64,000 nt of DNA from an uncultured Alphaproteobacteria bacterium (GTDB lineage Bacteria > Pseudomonadota > Alphaproteobacteria > RF32 > CAG-239): assembly GCA_910584385.1 (NCBI GenBank), contig CAJUAK010000005.1, forward strand, positions 58,870 through 122,869. Direction: 5' to 3'. Positions within the stretch are counted from its first letter, which is position 1; each line of letters starts with the position of its first letter. The translations under genes and the position numbers were made by a program. This document shows, piece by piece, positions 38,546 to 47,496 of this stretch. Under the pieces are notes generated by a model. It made no database searches. It was not told where the DNA came from and saw only the letters and a list, made by a program, of their open reading frames with translations.

Positions 38546-39727
38546 TTAAATACTTAAAATAAATCCAATAAAAATCATGATGAGCAAAAGGGCACCGCAC
38601 AAAATTATCCAAGGGGAGGATTTTGTTGTTTGGCGGAGTTTCCAGTCCGCGGCAAAAATGCCTAAATAGCTTACCAGGAACGCGGCGCTTGAAAGGTTTA
38701 CGATAGAACTGAAATCAAATAAAAAAGTGGCGGCTAAAATTATGCTTATTGTCAGCAAGTTTCCGTAAGTGCCGTGCTGCCAAAATTTAACCAGATATAT
38801 TTTAGGCATTGCACCGTGTTCCGCTAAAAATTTATTTATGCGGAAAATGCTGAAATATGTGGCATTTGTGCCGGTAATAAAAGCAATGAAAGCCGCCATT
38901 GAAACAAGAACATAGCCCGTTTTTCCGAGAATCTGCCGAGCAACCAGCGCAATTGCCGTGTCCGGGCTTTTATCAAAAATATTTTGGGGAATATAATGCA
39001 ATACCACATGTGTCAAAGCAAGATACAGAGCCATAACGGCGGCAAGTGTCAGAAAAATTCCCCAGGCAATGGTTTTCGCCGGATTTTTAACATCCGCTGA
39101 AGCATTGGTTATAACGCCGTAACCGGCGTAGGCAAAAAAGGTTATGCCAATGCTGCGCCAGAAATCCAATTTATGCGGAGAATCCTTTGCAAAATGATAA
39201 GCTTCATCCGAAGAAAAATATGCCGCAGCGATTAAAACAACCAGAATGCCGATTTTAAGGGCGACAAGAAGCGTTTCGATTTTTCCGACATCTCCGGCGC
39301 CCAGCATATTGACAACTCCCAAAGAAACAATTAAAACGCCGCCAAAAACATTTACCCAAAGCGGGGAAGGCGGAAGCCCGTCAAAAAACTCCGAAGCGTA
39401 TATTCCAAACGATTTTGCCATCATTGATATGGAAATGGCTGAGGTTAAAACATAAATAAAAGTCAAGCCGTTGGCAATCCAGGGAGACTTGAACGCTAAA
39501 TGGAAGTAGTCGGTCAATCCGCCGGAATTCGGGTATGCGCCGGCTAATTTTGCATATGAATATCCGGAAAATAACGCTGCCACCCCGGATATGACAAAAG
39601 CCAGGTAAGCGAGGTTTCCGCTTAGCAAAACAACTTGCCCCAAAAGTGCAAAAATCCCCGCCCCGACAATGGAACCAATGCCAAGGGAAACAATATCTGT
39701 TAAATTCATATCATATTTGCGCTGCAT
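38546..39727 (-). CDS. APC-family amino acid permease
   Basis: 12-TM APC pattern with GIGSIVGAGIFALLGQ in TM1. Start uncertain: M31 at 39727 has a GGAG RBS, and the ORF is open to 39817. Confidence 0.75.
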   Translation of the reverse strand: MQRKYDMNLTDIVSLGIGSIVGAGIFALLGQVVLLSGNLAYLAFVISGVAALFSGYSYAKLAGAYPNSGGLTDYFHLAFKSPWIANGLTFIYVLTSAISISMMAKSFGIYASEFFDGLPPSPLWVNVFGGVLIVSLGVVNMLGAGDVGKIETLLVALKIGILVVLIAAAYFSSDEAYHFAKDSPHKLDFWRSIGITFFAYAGYGVITNASADVKNPAKTIAWGIFLTLAAVMALYLALTHVVLHYIPQNIFDKSPDTAIALVARQILGKTGYVLVSMAAFIAFITGTNATYFSIFRINKFLAEHGAMPKIYLVKFWQHGTYGNLLTISIILAATFLFDFSSIVNLSSAAFLVSYLGIFAADWKLRQTTKSSPWIILCGALLLIMIFIGFILSI

Positions 39728-39837
39728 TTCTTTCTCCATTTTCCATATAGCTCCCATTTTCTGCCTTTCAAGTTTCCTGATTGACTTTTGCCGGCTTTCG
39801 GAATAATTATGAGGCAATTAGGGATAAGGATAAAAAA

Positions 39838-42036
39838 ATGCAGAAAAAAGAACTTTTGGCTCCGGCCGGAGATATTGAAGCAGGCTATGCCGCTTTGCAT
39901 TATGGGGCAGATGCGGTTTATCTCGGGTTGCAGCAGTTTTCGGCAAGGGCGACGGCCGTCAATTTTGATGAAACGGCACTTGACCATTTTACGGCTTATG
40001 CGCACAGCCTTGGCCGTAAGGTTTATGTTACGATTAACACGCTTATTCAGGAATGCGAGCTGGCTGATTTGCTTAAAAGCCTGGATATGTGTTCAAATTA
40101 CCATGTGGATGGCATCATTGTTCAGGATTTGGGTGTTGCCGGAATTATTAAAGAAAAATATCCGGAACTGGAACTCCATGCCAGCACGCAAATGGCTGTC
40201 CATAATAAAGAAGGCGCCTTGGCTTTGCAAAAATTCGGATTTAAACGCGTTGTTTTGGCCAGAGAGCTCTCTTTGCGCGAAATCCAAGAAATTTCTGCGC
40301 TGCCGGGTTTGGAAACCGAAGCGTTTATTCACGGAGCCTTGTGTTATTCATATAGCGGATTATGTTTGTTTTCGGCATTGGAATATGGAAAAAGCGCAAA
40401 TCGCGGGCAATGCCTTTATCCCTGCCGTTCAGAATTTGCGGGAGATGACGGCAAAGGGCATTATTTTTCTATGAAAGATATGGCGCTGCAAGGAGATATT
40501 TTGAAGATGCCGGTTACGTCCCTGAAAATAGAGGGGCGCAAGAAAAATGCGCTTTACGTGGCGGCCGTTACGGATTATTACCGGCATATTTTAGACGGAC
40601 GCGGCTGGGATGAGAAAAAAGAAGAAAACATCCGCCAGATTTTTTCCCGCCCTTGGTGCAAATTCCATTTTAACGGCAAAGATAAAAATATTACCGACCG
40701 TGATTTTGTGGGACATCGCGGATTGCCTATCGGGCAAGTTCAGCAATACACGGGAAAAAGCATCATTTTGAAAACGGCGCATGAAATTGCCCGCCATGAC
40801 GGTATACAAATTGATGTTCCGGGGAAGGAAAAGCCTTTTGGTTTTTCTTTGCTTAAGCTAAAAGTCAAAGGGAAAGACGCGTTTGAAGCCGCAGCCGGAG
40901 AAAATGTGGAAATTACCCTTCCACCCAAACACCCGGCTTTGGATTTTGGAGCCGCCGTTTATTTGTCATCTTCCAGCAAAGTTAAAGGCAGTTATGATTA
41001 TGCCAAACCACGCCTTCAAGAATTTAAGGCCCGGGAAGGGCTGGATGTTGTGGTCGATATCCGCCCAAAAGAAGTTCTGGCGCGTGCAAAGGGTGTTTCT
41101 TATTCTGTTTCAGGCGATTTTGCCCCAGCTCAAGATGTGTCTAAAACGTGTGAAGCTGTTGAAAAATCTTTTTCTAAAACCGGAGAAACGCCTTTTGAAC
41201 TTGGGCGCCTGGAAGTAAATAACCCGGGCGGGCTTTTTGTTCCGGCTTCCTTGCTGAATAATTTGCGCAGAGGCTTATATGCTGCGGTCAGCCGCGATAA
41301 AAAGCAGGCAGAGCTTCCCGTAAGCCTGCCGGTTGCCCATAAGCCGCGAAAGCCGCTAATAAAGGTTGACAAGGCAGAATATCTCTCTTTGCTGAATTTG
41401 GATGATTTTGAAGAAATTCTCTTTTTAATGGATTTGGAAACGTCTTTGGCAGATTTATCCGCAATTCCTTTTGAAAAATTAAGAATTGCGCTTCCTGCCG
41501 TATGCCGTGATACGGAGAAATGGCGCCGGCGCATAAATGAATTTGCCGCGGCTGGCATAACAAAATGGGAAATTGCCAATTATTGGGGGCTTGAGGCTTT
41601 GCCTGAAGGATGCGATATTTCTTTTGACGCGCCTTTATACATGTTTAATTCGCAAGCCGTTTTACAAGCCAAAAACATGGGCGCCAAAAGGGTATGCCTT
41701 CCGATAGAGGCTTCCAGGCAAAATTTGAGCGCCGTGGCTGAAAAATCCTGCTTGCCGGTTGTTTTCTGCATTTATCAGGATGTGCCTTTATTCACCAGTG
41801 CCGTTTGTATCCGCAATAATCCCTGTGCCTCTTGCGACAGGAAGGAAAAATGGATAAACCTCAGAAAAGACGGAAAATTTTATCAGGCTCTTTCAAAAAA
41901 TTGCCAGACGATGCTGTTTGAAAAAGAGGCGCTTGTTCGTGAACCTGATATTAATGCCGATTTTTACCGGTTAGATTTTTGCTATAAAAAATATAAGCCG
42001 GAAGAAGTCCTAGAAATTGTCAGAAGGTTCTTTTAA
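39838..42036 (+). CDS. U32 family peptidase (long form with C-terminal extension)
   Basis: U32 N-terminus ELLAPAGDIEAGYAALHYGADAVYLG...GIIVQD...HASTQM and the conserved E/C region. 732 aa. Confidence 0.8.
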   Translation: MQKKELLAPAGDIEAGYAALHYGADAVYLGLQQFSARATAVNFDETALDHFTAYAHSLGRKVYVTINTLIQECELADLLKSLDMCSNYHVDGIIVQDLGVAGIIKEKYPELELHASTQMAVHNKEGALALQKFGFKRVVLARELSLREIQEISALPGLETEAFIHGALCYSYSGLCLFSALEYGKSANRGQCLYPCRSEFAGDDGKGHYFSMKDMALQGDILKMPVTSLKIEGRKKNALYVAAVTDYYRHILDGRGWDEKKEENIRQIFSRPWCKFHFNGKDKNITDRDFVGHRGLPIGQVQQYTGKSIILKTAHEIARHDGIQIDVPGKEKPFGFSLLKLKVKGKDAFEAAAGENVEITLPPKHPALDFGAAVYLSSSSKVKGSYDYAKPRLQEFKAREGLDVVVDIRPKEVLARAKGVSYSVSGDFAPAQDVSKTCEAVEKSFSKTGETPFELGRLEVNNPGGLFVPASLLNNLRRGLYAAVSRDKKQAELPVSLPVAHKPRKPLIKVDKAEYLSLLNLDDFEEILFLMDLETSLADLSAIPFEKLRIALPAVCRDTEKWRRRINEFAAAGITKWEIANYWGLEALPEGCDISFDAPLYMFNSQAVLQAKNMGAKRVCLPIEASRQNLSAVAEKSCLPVVFCIYQDVPLFTSAVCIRNNPCASCDRKEKWINLRKDGKFYQALSKNCQTMLFEKEALVREPDINADFYRLDFCYKKYKPEEVLEIVRRFF

Positions 42037-42726
42037 CAATTCATCTACAAAAGCGGGAACGGTTGTTCCTGCTTTTCCATATATATGCTTGTCAAAATAC
42101 CAGTTGTTAGAGGTTTCTTCCAAATTAAACTCATATGTTTTAGCACCGCAAATCTTGGCAATGCGTACAAAGTCGGCTGCAGGGAAAACCACGCCGGAAG
42201 TGCCGATAGACAGGAACAAGCCGCAGTTTTTAAGCAATTCATCAACCTTGTCCATACAGAGTAAATTTTCTCCAAAGAATACAATATTCGGTTTCATCAT
42301 TCCCTGGATTTGGCAATGGGGACAGACGGTTTCCGTGTTTACGTCGCCAAAAGTTTCTAAAACCTGCCCACAGTTTAAACAAACGGCCTGGTTGATTTGC
42401 CCGTGGATATGACAGATGTTTTGGCTTCCGGCCTTTTCATGAAGCGTATCGACATTTTGGGTTATGATGTGAACTTCGCCCGGATATTCATTTTGCAAAC
42501 GGGTTATGGCCAGATGCGCCGCGTTCGGCTTTGCCCGGTTCAGTTCAGGCTTGAGTTCGTTATAAAAATCATGCACATATTCAGGGTTGCGCTCAAAGGC
42601 TTCTATTGTTGCAACATCTTCCACAGGATGGTTATTCCATAATCCGTTTGAGCTCCGAAAGGTGGATAATCCTGATTCTGCAGAAATTCCTGCACCGGTT
42701 AGAATGACAATTGCTGGTTTTGGCAT
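42010..42726 (-). CDS. cobB: NAD-dependent protein deacylase (sirtuin)
   Basis: GAGISAESGLSTFR, QNVDTLHEKAG, and a zinc ribbon (CLNCGQ...CPHCQ). 238 aa. Its 3' end overlaps the U32 gene by 27 nt. Confidence 0.9.
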   Translation of the reverse strand: MPKPAIVILTGAGISAESGLSTFRSSNGLWNNHPVEDVATIEAFERNPEYVHDFYNELKPELNRAKPNAAHLAITRLQNEYPGEVHIITQNVDTLHEKAGSQNICHIHGQINQAVCLNCGQVLETFGDVNTETVCPHCQIQGMMKPNIVFFGENLLCMDKVDELLKNCGLFLSIGTSGVVFPAADFVRIAKICGAKTYEFNLEETSNNWYFDKHIYGKAGTTVPAFVDELLKEPSDNF

Positions 42727-42805
42727 GCTGTTCCGCTCCTATTTAGCCTTTTTTAATCTCTTTAGGCTATTAACATATAAAATAGTAAATTTTGAGTAAA
42801 ACAAC

Positions 42806-43423
42806 ATGACTTACAAAGTGATATTTATTGATTGGTTTAACACGCTTAGCTCCTCGCTTTTTTATGATAACTGCGGGGAAGATGATTTGTGCGGCTATTT
42901 CAGAAAGCATACGTTCCAAGACAATGAAGAAATGCTTGAAGCATGGCTGGTCGGGAAAAAAAGCCGCGTAGATGTCGTTTCTGCTTTTGCCAGGAATAAA
43001 TCCGAACAAAAAAAGGCACTGTCTCTTTTGAAAAAAAGCTGTGAAAACATGACGTTTGACCGGGAAACCTATTTGCCGCTCATTCAAAAAATCAGAAAAA
43101 AAGGCGTTAAGGTTGTTATAGCGACAGATAATATGGATGTTTTTACAGATTATGTTGTTCCGGCATTAAAGCTCCGCAACTATTTTGATGAAATCATCTC
43201 TTCCAATATTCTCGGCTGCCAGAAAATGGATATTGAAAACGGGAAATTAATATTTTTTGACAGCTTTTTGAAAAACAATAAAATTTCCTATAGCGAAGCT
43301 TTGGTCATTGACGATAGTTTTCAAACATCTATCAGCTGTCAAAAATGCGGGTTGCCGGTTTGGCCGGTAAAAAAAGCGGAAGATGTGGAATATATTTTAA
43401 GAAAGCTTGCGGAAGAGATTTAA
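42806..43423 (+). CDS. HAD-like hydrolase family protein (motif I degenerate)
   Basis: IFIDWFNTL in place of hhhDxDGTL. Later KVVIATDN and LVIDDS resemble HAD motifs III/IV. Confidence 0.5.
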   Translation: MTYKVIFIDWFNTLSSSLFYDNCGEDDLCGYFRKHTFQDNEEMLEAWLVGKKSRVDVVSAFARNKSEQKKALSLLKKSCENMTFDRETYLPLIQKIRKKGVKVVIATDNMDVFTDYVVPALKLRNYFDEIISSNILGCQKMDIENGKLIFFDSFLKNNKISYSEALVIDDSFQTSISCQKCGLPVWPVKKAEDVEYILRKLAEEI

Positions 43424-43463
43424 TTCAACTAACATTTTCCTTATTAGATGTAAGGAGAATGAT

Positions 43464-44390
43464 ATGTTTTGGAATAAGTGGTTTGAGCCTAAGGCTTTTA
43501 ATCAGGGATATCTGCCGGAAAAAGACGGGCATAAAGTTTATTTTGCAGAATACGGAAATCCGAGAGGCTTTCCGGTTTTGGTTCTGCATGGCGGTCCGGG
43601 CGGCTGTTTCAAAGCAAAACATGTTAAAGTATTTGATTTAAAAAAATACCGGGTTATCGGGTTTGACCAAAGGGGATGCGGAAAATCGCACCCGTTGGGG
43701 CAGTGGCAAAAAAATACGGTTCAAGATACGTTGGATGATATTGACCGTTTGCTCGAACATCTTGAAATCTATGAAAAAATCATTATCCGCGGCGGTTCTT
43801 GGGGTTCTACTTTAGCACTGCTTTTTGCTGAGAGGCATCCTGAAAAGGTCAAAAAACTTTTGCTTTCTCAGATTTTTCTGGCCGATGAAGCAAGCAAAAA
43901 ATGGGAAGAGGAGGGCACGACCTGGTTTTATCCGGATATCTGGGAACAAATAAAAAGCAAAGTGCGCGGCGGTTACAGCGTTGGCGAATATTATGCGCGG
44001 CTGATTAATACGGGTGAAGCGCAAAAACAGATTAAAGCGATTTCATATTTGGGCAGCTATGAAAGAATTTTAGGAAGTTTGGATCCTAAAATAGAAAATA
44101 AAGCAATAGATGAATATATTGTTGCAAGTAACAGAATATACATAAATTATCTCGCAAACTCTTTTTATCTAAAAGAAAATCAAATTATGAAAAATATCAA
44201 AAAAATCTCTTCTGTGCCAACGCTTATTGTCCATAACCGGCTTGATTTTGTTTGCCCGCCGGAGGGGGCTTTCCGGCTGCATAAAGCGTTAGCCCAATCA
44301 CGTTTGGTTATCGTTCCGGACAAGGGGCATGTCAGCAAGAAATTATATCAGGCGATTGCTAAGGAAATAAAAAAAGAGTTGGAGAATTAG
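43464..44390 (+). CDS. pip: proline iminopeptidase (alpha/beta hydrolase)
   Basis: VLVLHGGPGG signature, GGSWGSTLAL nucleophile elbow. ATG 43464 after AAGGAG. Confidence 0.85.
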   Translation: MFWNKWFEPKAFNQGYLPEKDGHKVYFAEYGNPRGFPVLVLHGGPGGCFKAKHVKVFDLKKYRVIGFDQRGCGKSHPLGQWQKNTVQDTLDDIDRLLEHLEIYEKIIIRGGSWGSTLALLFAERHPEKVKKLLLSQIFLADEASKKWEEEGTTWFYPDIWEQIKSKVRGGYSVGEYYARLINTGEAQKQIKAISYLGSYERILGSLDPKIENKAIDEYIVASNRIYINYLANSFYLKENQIMKNIKKISSVPTLIVHNRLDFVCPPEGAFRLHKALAQSRLVIVPDKGHVSKKLYQAIAKEIKKELEN

Positions 44391-44392
44391 CA

Positions 44393-44971
44393 ATGGATTT
44401 TTATATCTTTCGCCATGGGCAAAGCACGTATAACCTGGCAGGGCGCACGCAGGGGCAGACAAATGCTTCCGTTTTGACGGATCAGGGAAAAGAGCAGGCA
44501 CGGAAAGTTGGGCAAAAGCTTGTTGGAAAAGGAATTGGGCTTTTAATTACATCTCCCTTAACAAGGGCTGTGCAAACAGTTAATTTGGCTAATGAATATC
44601 TAAAGCTTCCCATTGTGGAAGACAAGCGTTTTATTGAAGTCAATGTTGGGGAGATCGAGGGGCTTCATTATACGGAAATACAGGAAAAATTCGGAGAAAA
44701 GTACCAACAATGGCGAAGTTCGTCTCCGCTTTATGAAGATATTAAGTTTGAGGGCGGCGAAACCAAAAGACAGGTAAGAGAGCGCGTTTTTTCAGGGTTG
44801 AATGAATATGCGGAAAATAAAAGCTATGCCGCTATTGGAATATCTTCCCATGGCATTATGTTAGAGCAGGTGCTCTTATCGCTTAATCATAATAATGTTA
44901 AAGTTGAAAATGGCGCTGTTTTGCATATTGAAAATAAAAACGGGCAATGGCTGTTTAGGGAGTTGTTTTGA
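44393..44971 (+). CDS. histidine phosphatase (phosphoglycerate mutase) family protein
   Basis: IFRHGQSTYN (RHG motif) at the N-terminus and GISSHG near the C-terminus. Confidence 0.85.
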   Translation: MDFYIFRHGQSTYNLAGRTQGQTNASVLTDQGKEQARKVGQKLVGKGIGLLITSPLTRAVQTVNLANEYLKLPIVEDKRFIEVNVGEIEGLHYTEIQEKFGEKYQQWRSSSPLYEDIKFEGGETKRQVRERVFSGLNEYAENKSYAAIGISSHGIMLEQVLLSLNHNNVKVENGAVLHIENKNGQWLFRELF

Positions 44972-45207
44972 TGATAAATAATAATGATGTTTCCCAACAA
45001 GTTGAAAATGCTTATTTTATAATGCTTTCTCTTTGTCGTGAACTGTATCTGTGCGTTGGCCGTAATCCTGAAAAATCTGAGGAATATTTGGCAAAAACGG
45101 CTGCACTGAAAAAAGATATGCGCTATTTGGATAAGCCGCAGCTTATCGCAAAAGCACAACAGGTTTACGCACCACAGTTGAAAAAATTGTTAGGAAAAAA
45201 AATATGA
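44968..45207 (+). CDS. small helical protein, candidate epsilon/PezA-type antitoxin
   Basis: 79 aa. ATGA overlaps both the upstream stop and the downstream zeta-like start. Confidence 0.45.
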   Translation: MMINNNDVSQQVENAYFIMLSLCRELYLCVGRNPEKSEEYLAKTAALKKDMRYLDKPQLIAKAQQVYAPQLKKLLGKKI

Positions 45208-46106
45208 CTGATTTAAAACGTTTTGAATTAGATGAAGCACAACATCAGAAATGGTTTGAAGATGTTATTCTTCCTCAATTTGCAGAAGGGAAAGAAACTG
45301 CAAAAGTTCCAACTTTTGTTTTACTTACAGGACAGCCTGGCGCTGGAAAAACTTATTCTTCCTTCAGATATGCGCAAAGTATGGAAAGTGAGCCCATCCG
45401 TTTTGGCGCTGATGATTTAAGGCTGCTTTTGCCTTATGCAATGGATGCTATGAGAGAGGATGAGCAGAATTACCCATTTTTAACTAAAAAAGATGCCGGA
45501 TTGGCAAGGGAAAAGCTTGTTGATTATGCACTTGCTCATAAAAAGAATATTTTGGTGGAAAGCATCCTTGCTAATCCTGAAGATTGGAAAATGGGAACAT
45601 TGTTAAAAGCTAAAAAAGCAGGCTACAAGGTTGAATGCGCCGTTTTAGGCGTCCATAGGCATTTAAGCGAAGTCTCTATATTTTCCAGATATGAAGAACA
45701 AAAAGCAATTACAGGCTATGGGTTCGCCCCTACTTTGGATGTTCATGACAAAGCTTATACGCTTCTGCCGGATATAACGGGAAAAATGTTGCAAAACGGC
45801 ATTGCTGATGCTCTAAGCATTTATAACAGAGAATTTAAATGCTTTTATGACAGCAGAGTCGAAAAAGGGCAATCTCCCCAATTGGAAGTGATGAAAGCTA
45901 TTGGACGGTCAAGAAACAGCTCTCTTAATTATGATGAAATGTGCAATGTGGCAGTAAAATGGGATATGGTGCTTGAAAGTATGGCAAAACGTGGCGCAAG
46001 CAGAGATGAAATAGAAAAAGTCCAAATGTTAAAGGCGAATTTTAAGAAAGATACGGCTATTTGTTTTACTCCGGCTTATCGTTATAATTTTAAAGGAAAA
46101 GAGTAG
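45204..46106 (+). CDS. zeta-toxin family P-loop kinase
   Basis: Walker A LTGQPGAGKTY followed by FGADDLR (cf. zeta DGDxFR), ILVESIL, KKAGYKVECAVLGV and SRYEEQ, collinear with PezT/zeta. 300 aa. Confidence 0.6.
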   Translation: MTDLKRFELDEAQHQKWFEDVILPQFAEGKETAKVPTFVLLTGQPGAGKTYSSFRYAQSMESEPIRFGADDLRLLLPYAMDAMREDEQNYPFLTKKDAGLAREKLVDYALAHKKNILVESILANPEDWKMGTLLKAKKAGYKVECAVLGVHRHLSEVSIFSRYEEQKAITGYGFAPTLDVHDKAYTLLPDITGKMLQNGIADALSIYNREFKCFYDSRVEKGQSPQLEVMKAIGRSRNSSLNYDEMCNVAVKWDMVLESMAKRGASRDEIEKVQMLKANFKKDTAICFTPAYRYNFKGKE

Positions 46107-46110
46107 AATA

Positions 46111-47496
46111 ATGCTGGATAAAAATTTTACGGCAGTTTTGCTGGAAGAGGCTTTATCACAAGGCGGAGATTTTGCGGAAGTCTTTATGGAAAACAGTTTT
46201 TCCGGCAGCCTTGTTATTGGCGAAAGGCAAATCAAAGAGGCCGCATCTTCTATTGATAAAGGCGTCGGTGTAAGGGTTTGCAAAGGCGGTGAACTGCAAA
46301 GCTATGCATTTACAAACCGCTTGGATAAGGACAGTTTAATCAAAACAGCCCGCCAAGCAGCTGCCGGTATTAATGAAAAGAAACAAAATATACATTTTAA
46401 CCTGCAAGAAAATGAATTGGCCTCTCCACATATCATTTTGAAAACGCAAAAAGATATTTCAAAAATGCAAAAAGCGGACTTGCTTCGGGATGTTTCGGAA
46501 CGCATTTACGCGGCTCATCCTTCCATTATTCGGACGGATGGAAGTTATCTTGAGGAAATTCAAGAAGTTACGATTGCAAATTCAAACGGATTATGGATTA
46601 GCGACAAGAGGGAACGTACAAGATTTTCTATAAGTGCCCAAGCTCAAAAAGGCGACAGAAATGAGTCTGCCGGGGAAAATATTGGCGCTTTAAAAGGGTT
46701 TGAATTATATGACGGCTGGGACAAGGATGAATTTGCAGCACAGATTGCCGAAGCAGCCATCAGGAAGCTTGAAGCACGCAATTGTCCGAGCGGAAAAATG
46801 CCGGTGATTATCAACAACAAGTTTGGCGGGGTTATATTCCACGAAGCCTGCGGGCATGCCCTTGAAGCAACGGCTTTGGCAAAGAGGGCTTCTGTTTTTC
46901 AGGATAAGCTCGGACAGCAGATTGCTTCTCCGCTTGTGTCTGCCGTTGATGACGGAACAATTCCGAATGCCTGGGGAAGCCAGACAATCGATGACGAAGG
47001 ATTGAAAACACAGCGCAACCTGTTGATAAAAGACGGGATTCTGACGGGCTACCTGATTGATTCTTTTAACGGGAAACGGCTCGGATTGGCGCCAACCGGC
47101 AGTTGCCGCCGGGAAAGCTACCGTTATGCGCCGACATCGAGAATGAATAACACTTTTATCTTAAACGGAACTTCTACATTGGAAGAAATGATTGCCGCAA
47201 CAGATTATGGCCTGTTTGCTTCTAAAATGTCCGGCGGTTCGGTTAACCCGGCAAGCGGCGATTTTAACTTTTCTGTCGATGAGGCTTATATTATCGAAAA
47301 AGGCAAAATAAAACAACAGGTTAAAGGAGCTAAGCTTATTGGCAAAGGAAGCGAGATCCTGAAAAATATTGATATGGTTGGCAACAATTTAGGGCTTGCC
47401 TGCGGTATGTGCGGTTCTGTTTCGGGATCTGTTCCTACAACTGTCGGCCAGCCGGCAATCAGAGTTAGCGAAATTTTAGTCGGAGGTCAAGAATAA
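46111..47496 (+). CDS. tldD: metalloprotease TldD
   Basis: HEACGHALEA (HExxxGH), GGSVNPASGDF. 461 aa. Confidence 0.9.
   Translation: MLDKNFTAVLLEEALSQGGDFAEVFMENSFSGSLVIGERQIKEAASSIDKGVGVRVCKGGELQSYAFTNRLDKDSLIKTARQAAAGINEKKQNIHFNLQENELASPHIILKTQKDISKMQKADLLRDVSERIYAAHPSIIRTDGSYLEEIQEVTIANSNGLWISDKRERTRFSISAQAQKGDRNESAGENIGALKGFELYDGWDKDEFAAQIAEAAIRKLEARNCPSGKMPVIINNKFGGVIFHEACGHALEATALAKRASVFQDKLGQQIASPLVSAVDDGTIPNAWGSQTIDDEGLKTQRNLLIKDGILTGYLIDSFNGKRLGLAPTGSCRRESYRYAPTSRMNNTFILNGTSTLEEMIAATDYGLFASKMSGGSVNPASGDFNFSVDEAYIIEKGKIKQQVKGAKLIGKGSEILKNIDMVGNNLGLACGMCGSVSGSVPTTVGQPAIRVSEILVGGQE

Noticed and set aside
42010-42726. Sir2-domain protein as a possible defence-system (Thoeris/DSR-like) component
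   Set aside because: The size (238 aa), the zinc-ribbon CxxC…CxxC and the GAGISAESG motif fit a canonical CobB deacylase. There is no adjacent TIR, SLOG or helicase partner.
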